Shown: positions 49,329 through 63,109, counted from the first letter of the stretch. The stretch: DNA of 64,000 nucleotides from Octopus sinensis (GCF_006345805.1 NC_043025.1:15376001-15440000), one strand, 5' to 3'. Notes: generated from the sequence alone by a model not told the origin. Numbers and translations are program-made.

Positions 49329-50254
49329 CACACACGCACATGTATACGTTAATGCACATATAGACAGCGGCGCGTGTGCATTATTTATATTAATATATTT
49401 ATATGTAGACAATGTTTATTTTATATACCTGCATATATATATTCCTGTAAGTTAGTGTAAAGACGCGCATTGTATACGTTGATTTATATATGCACAGGTG
49501 CGCGCGTTCATTTTTAATGTATGTATATACATATATATATACATACACACACACACGCACATCTAGCATATATTATAGGGAAATGACTGCTCCGTGTATA
49601 AGTCTGTGTGGCTAAACTAGAGATTGGTCCCGTCTTTGTTTCCTCATAACAAATCGATCCCAGTATTTTCAACCTGGTGCTTATTCCATAGGTCTCCTTT
49701 ACCGAACCGCTAAGTTATGGGAACCTAAACACACCAACAGTCGTGGTGGACACACACACACGCGCGCACACATACAATTTCCTTCTCTCTTCATACACCT
49801 CTCAAATCTACTCCTAAGGCTTTGGTCGAACCAAAGCCTTAGTAGCAGACATTTGGCCAAGATGTCCTGCAGCGGGACTGAACCCACGACCACACGGTTG
49901 GGAAGCCACGCCTGCACCTCTCTCTCTCTCTCTCTCTCTCTCATTCTGTCTTTCTGGTGACAGTCCATATGCGAGGTGTCTCAAGCTAGTATCCACCAGA
50001 ATTATTAATCTGTCTCCTCTTTGGTATGGTCAAGGTGGTGTTGCTGCGGTCATCGCTGACCAATCTCCTTTCATCTTACATCAAACCATATCTCCGTCTC
50101 TTCATCTTCCTCGGTCGGTCGTGAAAGGAATCTGTCACTATTTTCATCTTTATCGTTTGACAACTGTGAGTAGAAAGGCTTTGTACGTCTCTTGCTTTTT
50201 CGCATATATGTGTGTGTATATATTAGAAGGTTTGGAGATGATGTACAGGTATTT

Positions 50255-50484
50255 TATATTAGAAGAAATGAGGTACTCAGAAATTTGGATGGTTTTATAT
50301 TTACAGATATTTCTTTGTACATTACATGTTTTTATACATCATATAACTTATATTAGCGCTTTCGTTCATTCTGGTGGAGTTTTCAAATTGAACTAGTATA
50401 TCATATATGATGTATAAAAACATGTGATATACAAATAAATATTTGTAAATATAAAACCATCCGAATTTCTGAGTACCTCATTTC

Positions 50485-50494
<10 letters not shown>
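50255..50494. repeat. ~240-bp hairpin with ~90-bp arms
   Basis: TATATTAGAAGAAATGAGGTACTCAGAAATTTGGATGG... and its near-perfect reverse complement at ~50404-50494. Confidence 0.9.
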
Positions 50495-50576
<82 letters not shown>

Positions 50577-51561
50577 GCTGTGTACATACATTGGACTGGG
50601 GTCAGGATGGGGCATCGTCTTTGACAGGATTTAGTTCAACAAATCGACACAAGCCCTTCTTTTTTAAGGTCTCATACTTATTCTGTCTCTTTTGCTGAGA
50701 CCTCTAAGTTAGGTGGACGTTAACAGACCAACACCGGTAGTCGAGTAGTAGTAGACACACGCACACGCGATAGGCTTCTTTCAGTTTCCATCTACCAAAT
50801 CCATTCACACGGCTTTGGTCGGTCCAGGTCTATAGCAGAAGATACTTGCTTAAGGTGTCACAAAGTGGGACTGAACCCAAGACCATGTTTCAGTCTTCAA
50901 ACCGCGGCCATGCTGGGGCCCCGCTTTGAAGGAATTCTTTTCTTTTTTTTTCTTTTGTTGAACTAATCGACCCCAGTATTTATCATTTTTTAAAAAGTCT
51001 GAAACTTATTCTATCAGTTTCTTTTGCTGAACCGCTAAGTTACAGGAATGTAGACAAATCATATGTATGTATATATGCACGTGTCTATATGTATATATAT
51101 ATATATATACATACACACACACACACATGCGTGAATATGCCTTATGTGATGTGTCTATATAATCATTGTTTAACGTCTGTCTTCGATGCTAGCATGGGTG
51201 TGATTTTTTTACAAGAGCCAGGCAGGGAGATGCCTGCACCAGACTTCTGTGACTGTTTTGGCAGGATTTTGACAGCTGGATGCTCGTCTGAACACCAACC
51301 ACCCAACAGAGTGGACTTAGTGCTTTCTATGTGGCACCAGCCTCACAATATATATGCATGCATGCATATGTGTGTATATGCCTTATGTGATGTATGTGTA
51401 TATAGGCAAAGGCATGGCTGTGTGGTAAGAGGCTTGCTTTCCCACCACGTGGTTCTGGGTTCAGTCCCACTACATGGCACCTTGGGCAAGTGTCTTCAGC
51501 CATAGCCTCAGGCTGACCAAAGCCTTGTGAGTGGATTTAGTAGACTGAAACTGAAAGAAGC

Positions 51562-51639
<78 letters not shown>

Positions 51640-52454
51640 GTTTACGAAAAAACAAACAAAAGACGATGACAGGTGGTGTACATAACAAACAGATGTATTA
51701 GTATAACGCTCAGGAATAGAAAAAGTCTTTTATGTTTCGAGCCTATGCTCTTCTACAGAAAAGGACAGAGAAAAAACAAGGAGAGAAAAATATATATATA
51801 TACATACACATATATGTGTGTGTATACATATATATTTATGTGTGTATTTGTGTCTGTGTTTGTCCCCCCCAGCATCGCTTGACAACCAATGTTGGTGTGC
51901 TTATGTACCTGAAACTTAGCAGTTCAGCAAAAGAGACTGATAGAATAAGAGGCTTAGAGAGAATAATTCCTGGGGTCGATTTGTTTGATTAAAGGCAGTG
52001 GTCCAGCATAGCCGCGGTCAAATGACCGAAATGTGCAAAAGAATATATATGCACATATGTGTATATGCCTTATGTGATGTATATGCTATATATACATGTG
52101 TTTGTATGCTATATAAGTCTGTGAGACTGTATATACATGTAGAGACGACTGCTCTGGTATGGTCATGTGTTACGTATAGGTGAGGACAACTGTGTGAGGA
52201 AGTGCCACTCCCTAACTAGAAGCACCCACTACACTCTCGGAGTGGTTGGCGTTAGGAAGGGCATCCAGCTGTAGAAACCTTGCCAGATCAGACTGGAGCC
52301 TGGTGCAGCAGCTCTGGCTTACCAGTTCCAGTCAAACTGTCTGACCCATGCCAGCATGAAAAGCAGATACTAAGTGGTGATGATGATGATGGACTTGTTC
52401 TGCACTGTGGTTGTTTGGAACAAAACACCCATGATAATATGATAAACAAAGATA

Positions 52455-52830
52455 CATACATGCATGCATACATACATGATGGCTGCCCCCTCGTTATCGA
52501 GTATGGCCATTGCACGCAGCCTAACTGTTACCGGTGCTGTGATTGAATGTGACTTTTTAGCCCAGCCAAAGATCTACAATGTCTTGTACAGAATTGGCAA
52601 CTAAAACCTTTACCGGTAAAAGCCGGCTGTAGTTGTAACTGGGCTTCATGTACCTTTGCATGTCGTTTAAGTCCTCCTGCCGAATTACACACATACATAC
52701 ATACCCGACAGATATGATTAGTATGGTGTGTTACACCACCACCAGTGGCCAGGTTGTCACTCATCTGTCTCGTTTTATGACTACGAAGATGACTCATGAG
52801 TCCAGCTTTACTGAGGCTTTACATCCATAC
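52455..52830 (-). mobile_element. LINE (RTE-type) C-terminus encoding C2H2-like fingers, plus 3' tail
   Basis: AGLMSHLRSH, CRVC...AGGLKRHAKVH, CQFC...LAGLKSHIQSQH, stop, then GGCCATACTCGATAACGAGGGGCAGCCATC and (GTAT)n. Confidence 0.6.
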
Positions 52831-54719
52831 ATATTCTGGGCATGGCTTTAAGCAGCATCCGGTGATGAGGCTCCAGTCTTGGTATTATGTGGAGTGTGAA
52901 GTAACCCCTCAATTACCATTACTCCCAAGTCTGTTCTGACCCAGATTGGTAGCACCTGTCAAAATCCTTCTGCAGGTTAAACAGATTCTCCAGGGGTTAA
53001 GGAGGCTCTTGTTATTTTTGACAAAGCTGTGAGGAAGGCAGTTCTTGCAGGAGAAAAATACTCTGACATTAAACTTTCAGTGAAAAAAGCCCCAGTCGTC
53101 TTGGAACAGATTGTCTCTGGACCCTACTAGGGTGACTGAGAGAATGGCAAAAGGGTTGCAGAAGCTTTTGTTACTTAAATCCCAAACTGTACAAATGCCT
53201 GACTATCATTTAATGTCTATCATCTGACAAGATGAGGCAATTGTGGGCCCTGAATGTGGAGGACATATGAAGGCTGGAGAGGAGGAACAGAGGTGGGATG
53301 CTCCACTGGATGTTTGGTGTCAGTGCACACATGAGACAGAGCACTGGTGTACTGAGAGAGAAGTTGGGCAAAAGGGGAATCATATGCATTGTGCAAAAGA
53401 GGAGGCTGCACTGGTTTGGTCATGGGATGCAGATGGATGAGGAGAGTTGCATAAAGAAATGGTGATCCTTTAAAGTGGAGAGATGTTGTGGAAGAGGGAA
53501 ACTCAGGAAGACATGGAATGAAGTATTGAACACCGATCTCAAAACGCTGAACCTTATGAAGATGACAGAGGCCTGAGATATGTGGCATATTGCTGTACTC
53601 AAGAAAGACCTGCCCAACACAGAACTGGGATCCTTAAACCAAGGTGCCATGCAAAAAGCACAGCTGTCGGTGCCACGTAAAAACACACAGTACACTCTAT
53701 GAAGTGATTGGAATTAGGAAGGGCATCAAGCTGTGGAAACCAAGCCAGCCAACCCATACAAGCTGGAAAACGGACATTAAATGATGATGATATGTGTGTG
53801 TGTGTGTGTGTGTGCTTGAGAGGACCCATCAAGCCAAGTGCACCCATACTGGTGGCATGTAAAGAACACCTTTCAAGCATTGAGCTTCATGGTGGCAAGG
53901 TGGCCAAGTTCCTTTTGCCAACAGGCACAGGAGTGGCTGTGTGGTAAGTAGCTTGCTTACCAACCACATGGTTCCGGGTTCAGTCCCACTGCGTGGCATC
54001 TTGGGCAAGTGTCTTCTGCTATAGCCCCGGGCCGACCAATGCTTTAAAGGATCACCATTTCTTTATGCAATTCTCCTCATCCATCTGCATCCCATGACCA
54101 AACCAGTGCAGCCTGTCGTATATATGTATATATATATATATATATGTATTTGTGTGTATGTTTGTGTGTCTGTTTGTGCCCCTAGCATTGTTTGACAACC
54201 GAAGCTGGTGTGTTTACATCCTCGTCACTTAGCGGTTCGGCAAAAAGAGACCAATAGAATAAGTACTGGGCTTACAAAGAATAAGTCCCGGGGTCGATTT
54301 TCTCGACTAAAGGCGGTGCTCCAGCATGGCCGCAGTCAAATGACTGAAACAAGTAAAAGAAAAGTGAGATATAGCCTCCCTGATTGTTTCCAACCACCAC
54401 CATTGTCACCACAACTGCCATACACACACCATTCAGACTTCTGACACCACCACCATCAATACCTTTGACTTTGCTGCCTTCCTCTCTACCACCATCACCA
54501 CTGTCTTTCACATCACTTACTATCACCGTCATCCCTGACTGCCTCACCTACCACCACCATCACCGTCGCCTTCACAACTATAGCTCATGCTATTACTATC
54601 ACCCCGTTACCATCATAACCATACATCTACTACTGCCTTCACTGTCTGTATACCTATACTATTACTCTCACCCCATCATGAGGAATAGTAGAAGTGTCAT
54701 TGAATAGTGAGAGAGAGGG

Positions 54720-54774
54720 TCAAAGTGTGACACACTGACACACAGAAATTGGTTTTTGCATTTATTATTATAGA
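54720..54774 (-). mobile_element. Helitron-like 5' terminus (fragment)
   Basis: Minus strand A|TCTATAATAATAAATGCAAAAACCAATTTCTGTGTGTC; no matching 3' CTAG end found. Confidence 0.4.
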
Positions 54775-55669
54775 TGTCAAAATGCAGTGAGTAGCTTCTT
54801 CCCCAATTCAAACTTGCATCAAGCATATTTGGGCTGATAAAAACATTGCAATGTCACTTGTCACTGCTTAGCCCCTACCCCCCTCCCAACCACCGTTCCC
54901 TCCATAATTGAAGAAACTAATTTTCTATCAAGTTTTACCTAGTATTACACATTTATAATTACGATCACATCTGACCCACAAAATAGCAGCCTACACTCCC
55001 TACTCAGTTTTTCCAGTTCTACTGAGTAAGGAATCCTTATACTGAGTTACTGTTATTTGTGCTGCATACAACAATGAAGGAACATATTGTCCGGACTCCT
55101 TACCTATGACTCTTGAGTTTTTTTGGTTTACACTTCCTGATTTATATAATAGCGAATTATACTATCTAATCAAATAATATTAACAGCATTCTAAAAAGTT
55201 AATCAATAGATAACTGCTATCTACTGTCCTACTAAGACCTCTGATTTGGTGTACCCCCTTATTTCTGTATTAAGTGAGATTTATTAGTTATCCTTTTTTA
55301 CTCCAAAATGGCTTTAAAACATCCCCCTGCGTTCAATGCACTCAATGTAGGCTCAGAACTCGCTCTTAACTATGTATGTTTACAAAATGTGTGCTGCCAT
55401 CTATTGGTGAACAATCGCCTAAGGTATGTTTATATTGTAAGTGGATGGGGAAGGAATTACAACCGTGTTTCGTGGTCTGCTACCACAACAGCTCCTTTAT
55501 AGGATCCAGTTAGCTCAAGACAACATCAGGAGGAAGCACGTCTGGTTTCGGCCCCTACTCGTCTACCGTTTTTACATGGTGGGGCCCCCCCTTTCGGAGG
55601 TGTCTTCAGCTCTGGTGTTGGGTGCATGTCCTCTTTCTTCTGTTCCTTGGCATCTTCCAGAGATGCTCT

Positions 55670-55968
55670 TCTGCTTTTGAAGCACCCATGCCCGAAGCAT
55701 TGTGCCCAACCCACTGCATTGTCGCCGTAAGCTCGACAAAGCATGCCTTAATGTCTCCGTAGCAGATTTCCCAAGTTTAGCACAAAATTTCACCTTGGCC
55801 CTTTGTTCCTGTCCATGACAAAATCAGAGAAGCACAACATTTCGAACAATGTCACTTGGCACACAGACTCATGAAGGTCACTGCTAGCTATCCCCGTGCA
55901 TGCAGCTGTGTACTGCCATCTGTTGGTGGGCTACAGAACTAATCCAGGAGCTTTTTGATATCACCTCA
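55670..55968 (-). mobile_element. mariner 5' fragment (TIR plus transposase N-terminus)
   Basis: TA|TGAGGTGATATCAAAAAGCTCC; KFCAKLGKSATET / AYGDNAV...FKSRRASLED. Confidence 0.8.
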
Positions 55969-56767
55969 TATATATATGTATACCATATGATCAGCCAGAC
56001 TATTGGATATCGTTATACATCGCTGGTCACAATGCGCTTTGCAATGTTTTTAGCTTTCGAATGATGCCACCCCACTGTTTTGGATCATAAAAGAAATGAC
56101 TAAAATTTGTGAGTTAAGGTCCCCATTAGGGTGTCTTAGAATCCTCACGAGAAGTGGAAACTTTGAGAATAGTTCTTGATGTGTGCCAATTACCCATTGT
56201 TGAAATTTCTTCAATATCAAAAATTTATGATTTTTCATGGGGGTTCTGCCCCCTTTAGGCCATCTGAAATTCAAACCAAACATATTGCATTATACCCGCC
56301 CTTATGCATTGAATCTAAGTTCCAAATATCATAAGGATCCATTCAGTAATTTTGGTCCATGAAATTGTATGAAACACACAGCATTGCCCTTCTCCCTAGG
56401 CTTAGAACAATAAATTGAACAACAAAATTTTTATTGTTCAAATTATACTTTATTTGATTTTAGATTAATATTTTTATGAATGTTTCTGTGTATGGTATTC
56501 TCTGTGATTTTAAAAGTATTTGCTCTTATATATTTATGACTGTAATAATCTTACTGTTCAATATTATAGATTATTAACATTTTAGATTAGTATTTTGTAT
56601 GGTATATGTCCCACAGGATGGTCTTGGACGGATTCTTCATTGACTGAGTGGTGGAATGGTGGTTCGTCTCTAAATTAGTTATATACATATATTATATATT
56701 ATGAAATTCGATATAATATTATTATACTGAATTTTACCTGTAAGGTTGGAATAATTTATTCCCTATT

Positions 56768-56840
<73 letters not shown>

Positions 56841-57768
56841 GCATATATGGGCAAAAAACATCACCAATGGTGCAAATAACATGAAATACGTAAACAAGAA
56901 GAAAAAATTGGTAAACAGGACAGGTAAACAGAGAAAGGGCCCTTCATTGGTTGTCAGCTGTCTATCTACTCCTCATTTCGAGCATTTAACGACAATATGA
57001 GTCTTCAAGACAGTTGCTCCCATAAGGTCTAAAATAAAATTTAAGGTTTATGGAGGGTCAAAGTTGGGAACAAAAACATGAGAGTCTCATACGAGGAAAC
57101 TTAATGAAAACAAGCCTGGAGAGTCGTTAGACCAGAATGAGAGGAATATATATATTTGAGCGTGATCGTTACCAAAGTCACCTTCTGGCACCTGTGCTCG
57201 TGGCATGTATAAAAGGATTCGAGCAAAGTCGTTGCCAGTACTGCCTGACTGGCGCCCATGCCGGTGGCACGTAAAAAGCACCCACTACACTCTCAGAGTG
57301 GTTGGCATTAGGAAGGGCATCCAGCTGTAGAAACTCTCTTAAAATCGTCCAACCCATGCTAGCATGGAAAGCGGACGTTAAATGATGATGATGATGATGA
57401 TGATTTGTGTGTGTTTGTGTTTTGTTGTCTTGACGACATTGTGCAACAGTTGTAAATGAGTGTCACTACTTTACAAGCAATATCGTTAATTTCCAGTATT
57501 CTATGAGACATACCTGGTTGTGGATGAATATTTACCTTGATTGGAAACAGGTTAAGAGTTGGTGACAGGAAGGTGACACCCAACCACAGAAATACATCTG
57601 CTCTGACTAATTCTGTCCGATCATTGCCAGCATGGGAAAGTAGACCTTGAAATGATTGTGTGTATATTTATTTATTTCTCCTGCTAAACTTGTAGTTACC
57701 CTTTTTCTTTTCCTTTCTTTTCAGATATCCAGAGTTTTGAGTGAAGAATTTACCATTTCCAGCCAGCA

Positions 57769-58886
57769 ATGCAGGAGTCTTTTACTCCGAACTTATTACC
57801 ACCAGAATCGGACGTCTGCGTCCTATCAGACGACAACAACTACAGCAAATGTTTCTACTGCCAGGAAAGATTCGGCAACACAGCTGAACAGATTTGGCCA
57901 AACCCAAACACAAAACCATTCCACTGTCACGAGTGCGACATCAAATTCTACAAACTCGACCACTTTGTTGACCATTTCACTACCCACAAAGTCCATGGCG
58001 AAGTCAGGCAGCCGTTCTTGTGTCCCACATGTAACAAAGGGTTTGAAAATATCATTGCATTTTCACAGCACGTTGCATCCCACATGGAAGGTAAACTGTA
58101 CGCCTGTCCTCACTGCGATGAATCGTTTGAATTCGAGAGCAACTTGATTGGTCACCAGGTGTTACATAACAAGAAGATTGATGGCCTCATGAAGTGCGAA
58201 TCATGTGAGGCTCTCTTTCCAATTGAGAACTTTGTCGCTGACCGGCTGAATTCCAAGGAGTTGTACAGCTGTGAGATCTGTTTGCTGGACAACTTCTCTG
58301 ACCTGCTGGAGTTGTGTTTGCACAGAGCAGTGCTTCATCCAAGCTATACGTACAGGTGTGCGCAGTGCAGGAAAATGAGTGTTAGCTCTCAGAAGCAAAA
58401 TCCTGGGGGAAATGGCGGGACCCTATGTGAAGGGGACGTCGAGAGCCTATGCAATGGGGAAGACAACAGCGAGGTTAAGAACTCCGAGGAACCGGGTGAC
58501 TTGAGTGATAATGAAAACCTTTCACAAGCATTGAGCATTCTCGGTCAGCAGGCAGGTCATGAAAACGGGCGAGGGGCCATGCTGGACTTGGGGGTTGTCT
58601 GTGAGAACACCACTAGTCATAGTAATAAAAATAACAAGAAGAAAAGAAAGCCCTCCGTTAGTAGTAACAGTAACACTACAGCTGCTACTGTCATCACAAA
58701 TAACAGCAGTGGTGGTGGTCATGTGGAGAGTCGTATGACGACAACAGTTGTTGATAAAGTTCTTGAAGAAGATGACGACGACGACGATGAGAATAATGAC
58801 AATCATAATAATAGCAATGATGACAACAACAACATCATTGGTTGTGGGTCTCCGGAGGATGTCAAACCAAACATTGTTGAACTGAA
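57769..58886 (+). CDS. C2H2 zinc-finger protein, large exon part 1 (4 canonical fingers, 3 His-less CxxC remnants, acidic/Asn-rich region)
   Basis: Acceptor CTTTTTCTTTTCCTTTCTTTTCAG at 57724; in-frame TGA at 57742 precedes ATG 57769; fingers CHEC..HFTTH, CPTC..HVASH, CPHC..HQVLH and CEIC..HRAVLH. Confidence 0.9.
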
Positions 58887-58889
58887 TAG

Positions 58890-59624
58890 GACCTGGAGAT
58901 CTATGCAACCAACAACAGCAGCAACAACAACAGTGTTGCAGCTGCTTGCATGGATATTGTGCAACATTTCAGCGCATCGGACAAAGTTAATGGTGATGGC
59001 TTAATGTCGCCGGGATCGGGTGGAGGTGAGCTGGACGGGTGCGTGACGGTGAATATGAACCTAGGGGGCAGCATTAGTAGTATTGTTGAAATGAATCAAT
59101 TCTCTGAGTTGTTTGGGGGTCAATCGAGCGAAGACAAGGCAACCCGAGGGTCGTCAAGCAACAACAACAACATCATTAGCAGCATTAATTCCTCTTCAGT
59201 TTCTACCTCGTCTTCCTCCATCATCACTATCGCCACCGGACACAATCACACATCAAACGAACGGCAATCGGGCTCAGGGGTCTACAGGAAAAAATCTACC
59301 CTCGGCCCCGGTGGTGCAACCCTGGCATCGTCAACTTCCTTGACGAAGGGCGTGGCCACCAAGCGCAATGCCAGCACGCTTCCTCACATCATGGATGGTC
59401 CACTACACAACACAATGTATACAACAGACTCGCAACAGCAGCAGCAGTCATCTGTGGTGGACGGAACTGAAGACAACCGTCCTTTTCCTGTACTCTGTAT
59501 GAGAGTACCACCCACGGTCAGCAATGACCAGTCGTCAGAGCTTGGGTCCAGTATATTGGTCAGTGACAGCCAGTGTACATATAAGATTGGTTCCATGGCA
59601 ACAGAGTCCAGATCTGTCAATAAG
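58890..59624 (+). CDS. Same exon, part 2, after an apparent -1 frameshift (Ser/Asn/Gln-rich region)
   Basis: The second frame is open from 58890 (DLEIYATNNSSNNNSVAAACMDIVQ...) to a phase-0 donor AAG|GTGTGT at 59624. Confidence 0.75.
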
Positions 59625-59709
59625 GTGTGTACAAAGTACAAGCACACACACACACACACACACACATGTACACCTGTACTTAATGTTGTGAATATACACA
59701 CACGCATAC

Positions 59710-60890
59710 ACCATCCTCGTCACTCAACGTCCGTTCTCCCTGCTGGCATGGGTTGGATGATTTGATTGGAGTTTGTAAAGCCAGGAACTGTCACCAGGTT
59801 CCTTTGTTTGTTCTGCCAGGGTTTCTACAGCTGGATGCCTTTCCCAATGCCACCCACTTAACAGAGTGTGCTGGGTGCTATCTATGTGGCACCATCACCA
59901 GCATCAATTCTGCAGTCGGGGGAGACAGGTCTTCTTGGGTGTAGGAAGGCACCAGGGATCTCGGTCTTTCTCCTCTCCTTAAATGCCTTCCCAGTGTTTT
60001 AAGATTCACTTTCAACACTTCATCTAATGCCTTCTTGGGTTTTCCTCTCCCACATTTTCCATCCACCCTAAGTGATCAGCCCCTTCTTTACCCAGCTGTC
60101 CCCACCCATCCACATCACATGACCAAACCAGCACATACTTCTCTTTTGCACACTGCATCTAATTCCTCTTATGCCCAGCTTTTCCCTCAATATACCCCAG
60201 CGTTGTCACACATGTACACTGACACGGTACACCCAGCAGAGCATACTAGCTTTCTTCCAGCTCAAAGGCTGGAAGTCTTCGACAATGACTGCCTCCAGAG
60301 CATTCTTCGCTGCCGTCGGGTGGATCAAGTTCCCACCGCCAATCTCTGACTTCGCCTGTCTCTGCGGCCCCTTCCATCTGTCCTTCTACAACGCCGCTTG
60401 CGGTGGTTTGGCCATGCATGTAGGTGTCCGGTGGGTGAACTGAGCCGTGATGTCCTTCTCCCGACTGGCGGAAATGCGCGGGTGGGCAGCTGAAGACCTG
60501 GGTTACGACGATCAAGGAGGACCTCTCTGTGCTCATGGGTCGCAGGTTGTCGGCCTGCGGCGATGGAACCGTGACTGGCTCGCTATCTCCAGTGAACTGG
60601 GGCAGGACCGTCGTGCGTGGGCTGCCATGGTTCGAGATGCCTCGAGGGTGGTAAAAGAAGCCGACTCAACCCACCGAGGGTGAATGTCGCCACAAGTAAA
60701 AGTATACTAGCTTCATTCCTCTCTAACTTTCACATGTGTTTTGCATTCATTGCCCATGTTTCACAACCATGTAGCATTGCTGTTTGTCTACATGTATCAT
60801 ACAATTTCCCTTTCACTCCAAGAAAGAGACCTTTGGTTGCCAACAGAGGGAAAAGCTCTCTGAATTTTCTCCATCCTGTTCGTATTCTAG
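59710..60890 (-). mobile_element. RTE LINE RT C-terminus and 3' end hosting a second RTE
   Basis: RIRTGWRKFRELFPLLATKGLFLGVKGKLYDTCRQTAMLHGCETW. Confidence 0.85.
60253..60703 (+). mobile_element. Distinct, GC-richer RTE 3' fragment nested in the RTE
   Basis: RLEVFDNDCLQSILR...LQRRLRWFGHA...QDRRAWAAMVRDA; CAAGTAAAAGT tail; 10-bp TSD ATACTAGCTT at 60243 and 60704. Confidence 0.88.
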
Positions 60891-62315
60891 TGACACACAC
60901 ACACACACACATATATAATCACATACACATGTGTACACAATATGCTGCAGGTGTTGTAAGAAGTTTGTGATTCCAGGTTCAATCCCACTGAGTGGCACCT
61001 GGGGTGTCTTCTTAGCCCCAGACTGATCCAGAGATAGCAAGTGGATTTTGTAGATGAAAACTGAAAGAAGAAGCCCATCATGTGTGTGTATGATATAAAC
61101 ACACGTTTATGTCCCTTCACTTATATACACCTCGTATGTGGCCATGCTGGGGCACCACCTTGAGGAACCTTTAGTTGAATGAATTCACTGCATCATCATC
61201 ATCATCATCATCATTGTTTAACATTCGTTTTCTATGTTGGCATGGGTTGGACGGTTTGACAGGAGCTGTCCAGACCCCAGTTGTTTGATGTAGCAAGGTT
61301 TTTATGGCTGGATGCCCTTCCTAACGCCAACCAATTTACAGATTTTGCTGGGTGCTTTTTTACGTGGATTCGAGCGAGGTCATTGCCAGTACCGCCTGAC
61401 TACACTCTCGGAGTGGTTGGCATTAGGAAGGGCATCCAGCTGTAGAAACTCTGCCAGATCAAGATTGGGGCCTGGTGCAGTCGTCTGGTTCGCCAGCCCT
61501 CAGTCAAAATCGTCCAACTCATGCTAGCATGGAAAGCGGACGTTAAACGATGATGATGATGATGATGATGATTGGCCTGGGTGAATATATGCAGCAGTGA
61601 CACAAGTGCATCTTATGTGGCACCTGTGCCTCTATGTGTGGATGACAGCGATTTTACTCAGCTTGGCTCATCTTCTCAAGTACAGCAAATAAACACAACC
61701 CCTGACCCCTTGTTATTTCCTCAGCGTGGCCCAGCATCTGAAAATCCTTTCTCACCACTTCATCCCACCTCTTTTCAGGTTTACTCTTTCCACAACTTCC
61801 CTCCACAATTGAAACCTGGCACTTCTTTATGCAGCTATCCTCATTAATATGCATATTCTCCTTATTTTTTTAAAAAGTCTGGTGCTAATTCTATTGGTCC
61901 CTTTTGCTGAACCACTAAGTTATGGGGATGTAAACACACATACCCCCACAAACAAACACATTTATGCACAACAGGCTTCTTTCAGTTTCCGTCTACTAAA
62001 TCCACTCACAAGAGTTTGGTTGGCCTGAGGCTATAGTAGAAGATATTTGCCTGAAGTGCCATGCAATGGGACTGAACCCAGAGTCATGTGCTTTGGAAGC
62101 AAACTTCTTACCACACAGCCACAACCACAAAAAAATATGTAAAAATACTTTGACCACAAAATCCACTTACAAATAAATAAATCCATCCATCCGTCCATCT
62201 GTCCGTTTGTCTGTCTGTCTATCTGTCCATTTCTATCTATCTATCTGTCTGTCTGTCTGTCTCTCTCTCTATCTATCTATCTATCTCTCTATCTATCTAT
62301 CTGTCTGTCTGTCTC

Positions 62316-62346
<31 letters not shown>

Positions 62347-62950
62347 ATCTATCCTTCCATCTATTTATCTGTCTGTCTGTCTCTCTCTCTCTCTCTATCA
62401 CTCTCTCTACCCCTCTCTCCTGTTGACATAAGAAATTTATAAACTTTTGAGAGATCATCATTTCTTGTTTTGGAATAGTGGATCTTGAAACACACACATA
62501 AAGCTACAAGTGAAACATGCAAAATATATTGGGCTGGAAAACCCATTTTTGATAGAAAAACTTAAAGGCTGCCCTCAACTTGTTTACCAAAGAATTTTCC
62601 AACCTAATATTTTCCTGTTATTATTTATAGCTTTTGGTGTTGTTCCTAAACACATTATTTCCAAAGTATATCTGTGTGCGTGTGCACATATATATTTGTA
62701 TGTTTGTGGTGCTGTGTTTATATGTGTGTGTGTATATATATATAGTGGAAGAAATAGCTAAATTCTTTGGCTGCTATTTCTAAAAGTTCAGTATGTGGTA
62801 AAGCAAATTTTTTTGCTGAACCCTAATTATATAAAGTAATGTTTAAGTTTACCATAAATGGTCCTTTTAACATACTGAACACTGCTTGGTAAAATTATTA
62901 ATTACTAATTAATTAATTAATTTTACCCTTTATTATTATTGATATATATG

Positions 62951-62983
<33 letters not shown>

Positions 62984-63109
62984 TCCTGTTTTATGTGTGT
63001 GTGTACTTAGATATATTTGCATATGTGTACCTATCTGCATCATGTGTGTATGTGTGTAATGTTCTCAGGGTGTAGGTCTCCAAACTGAACCTGTTTAATA
63101 TCCTTACAG

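Noticed and set aside
52528-52797. Independent host C2H2 gene on the minus strand
   Set aside because: The upstream frame is broken by a stop, no splice acceptor is evident, and a LINE-type 3' tail follows.
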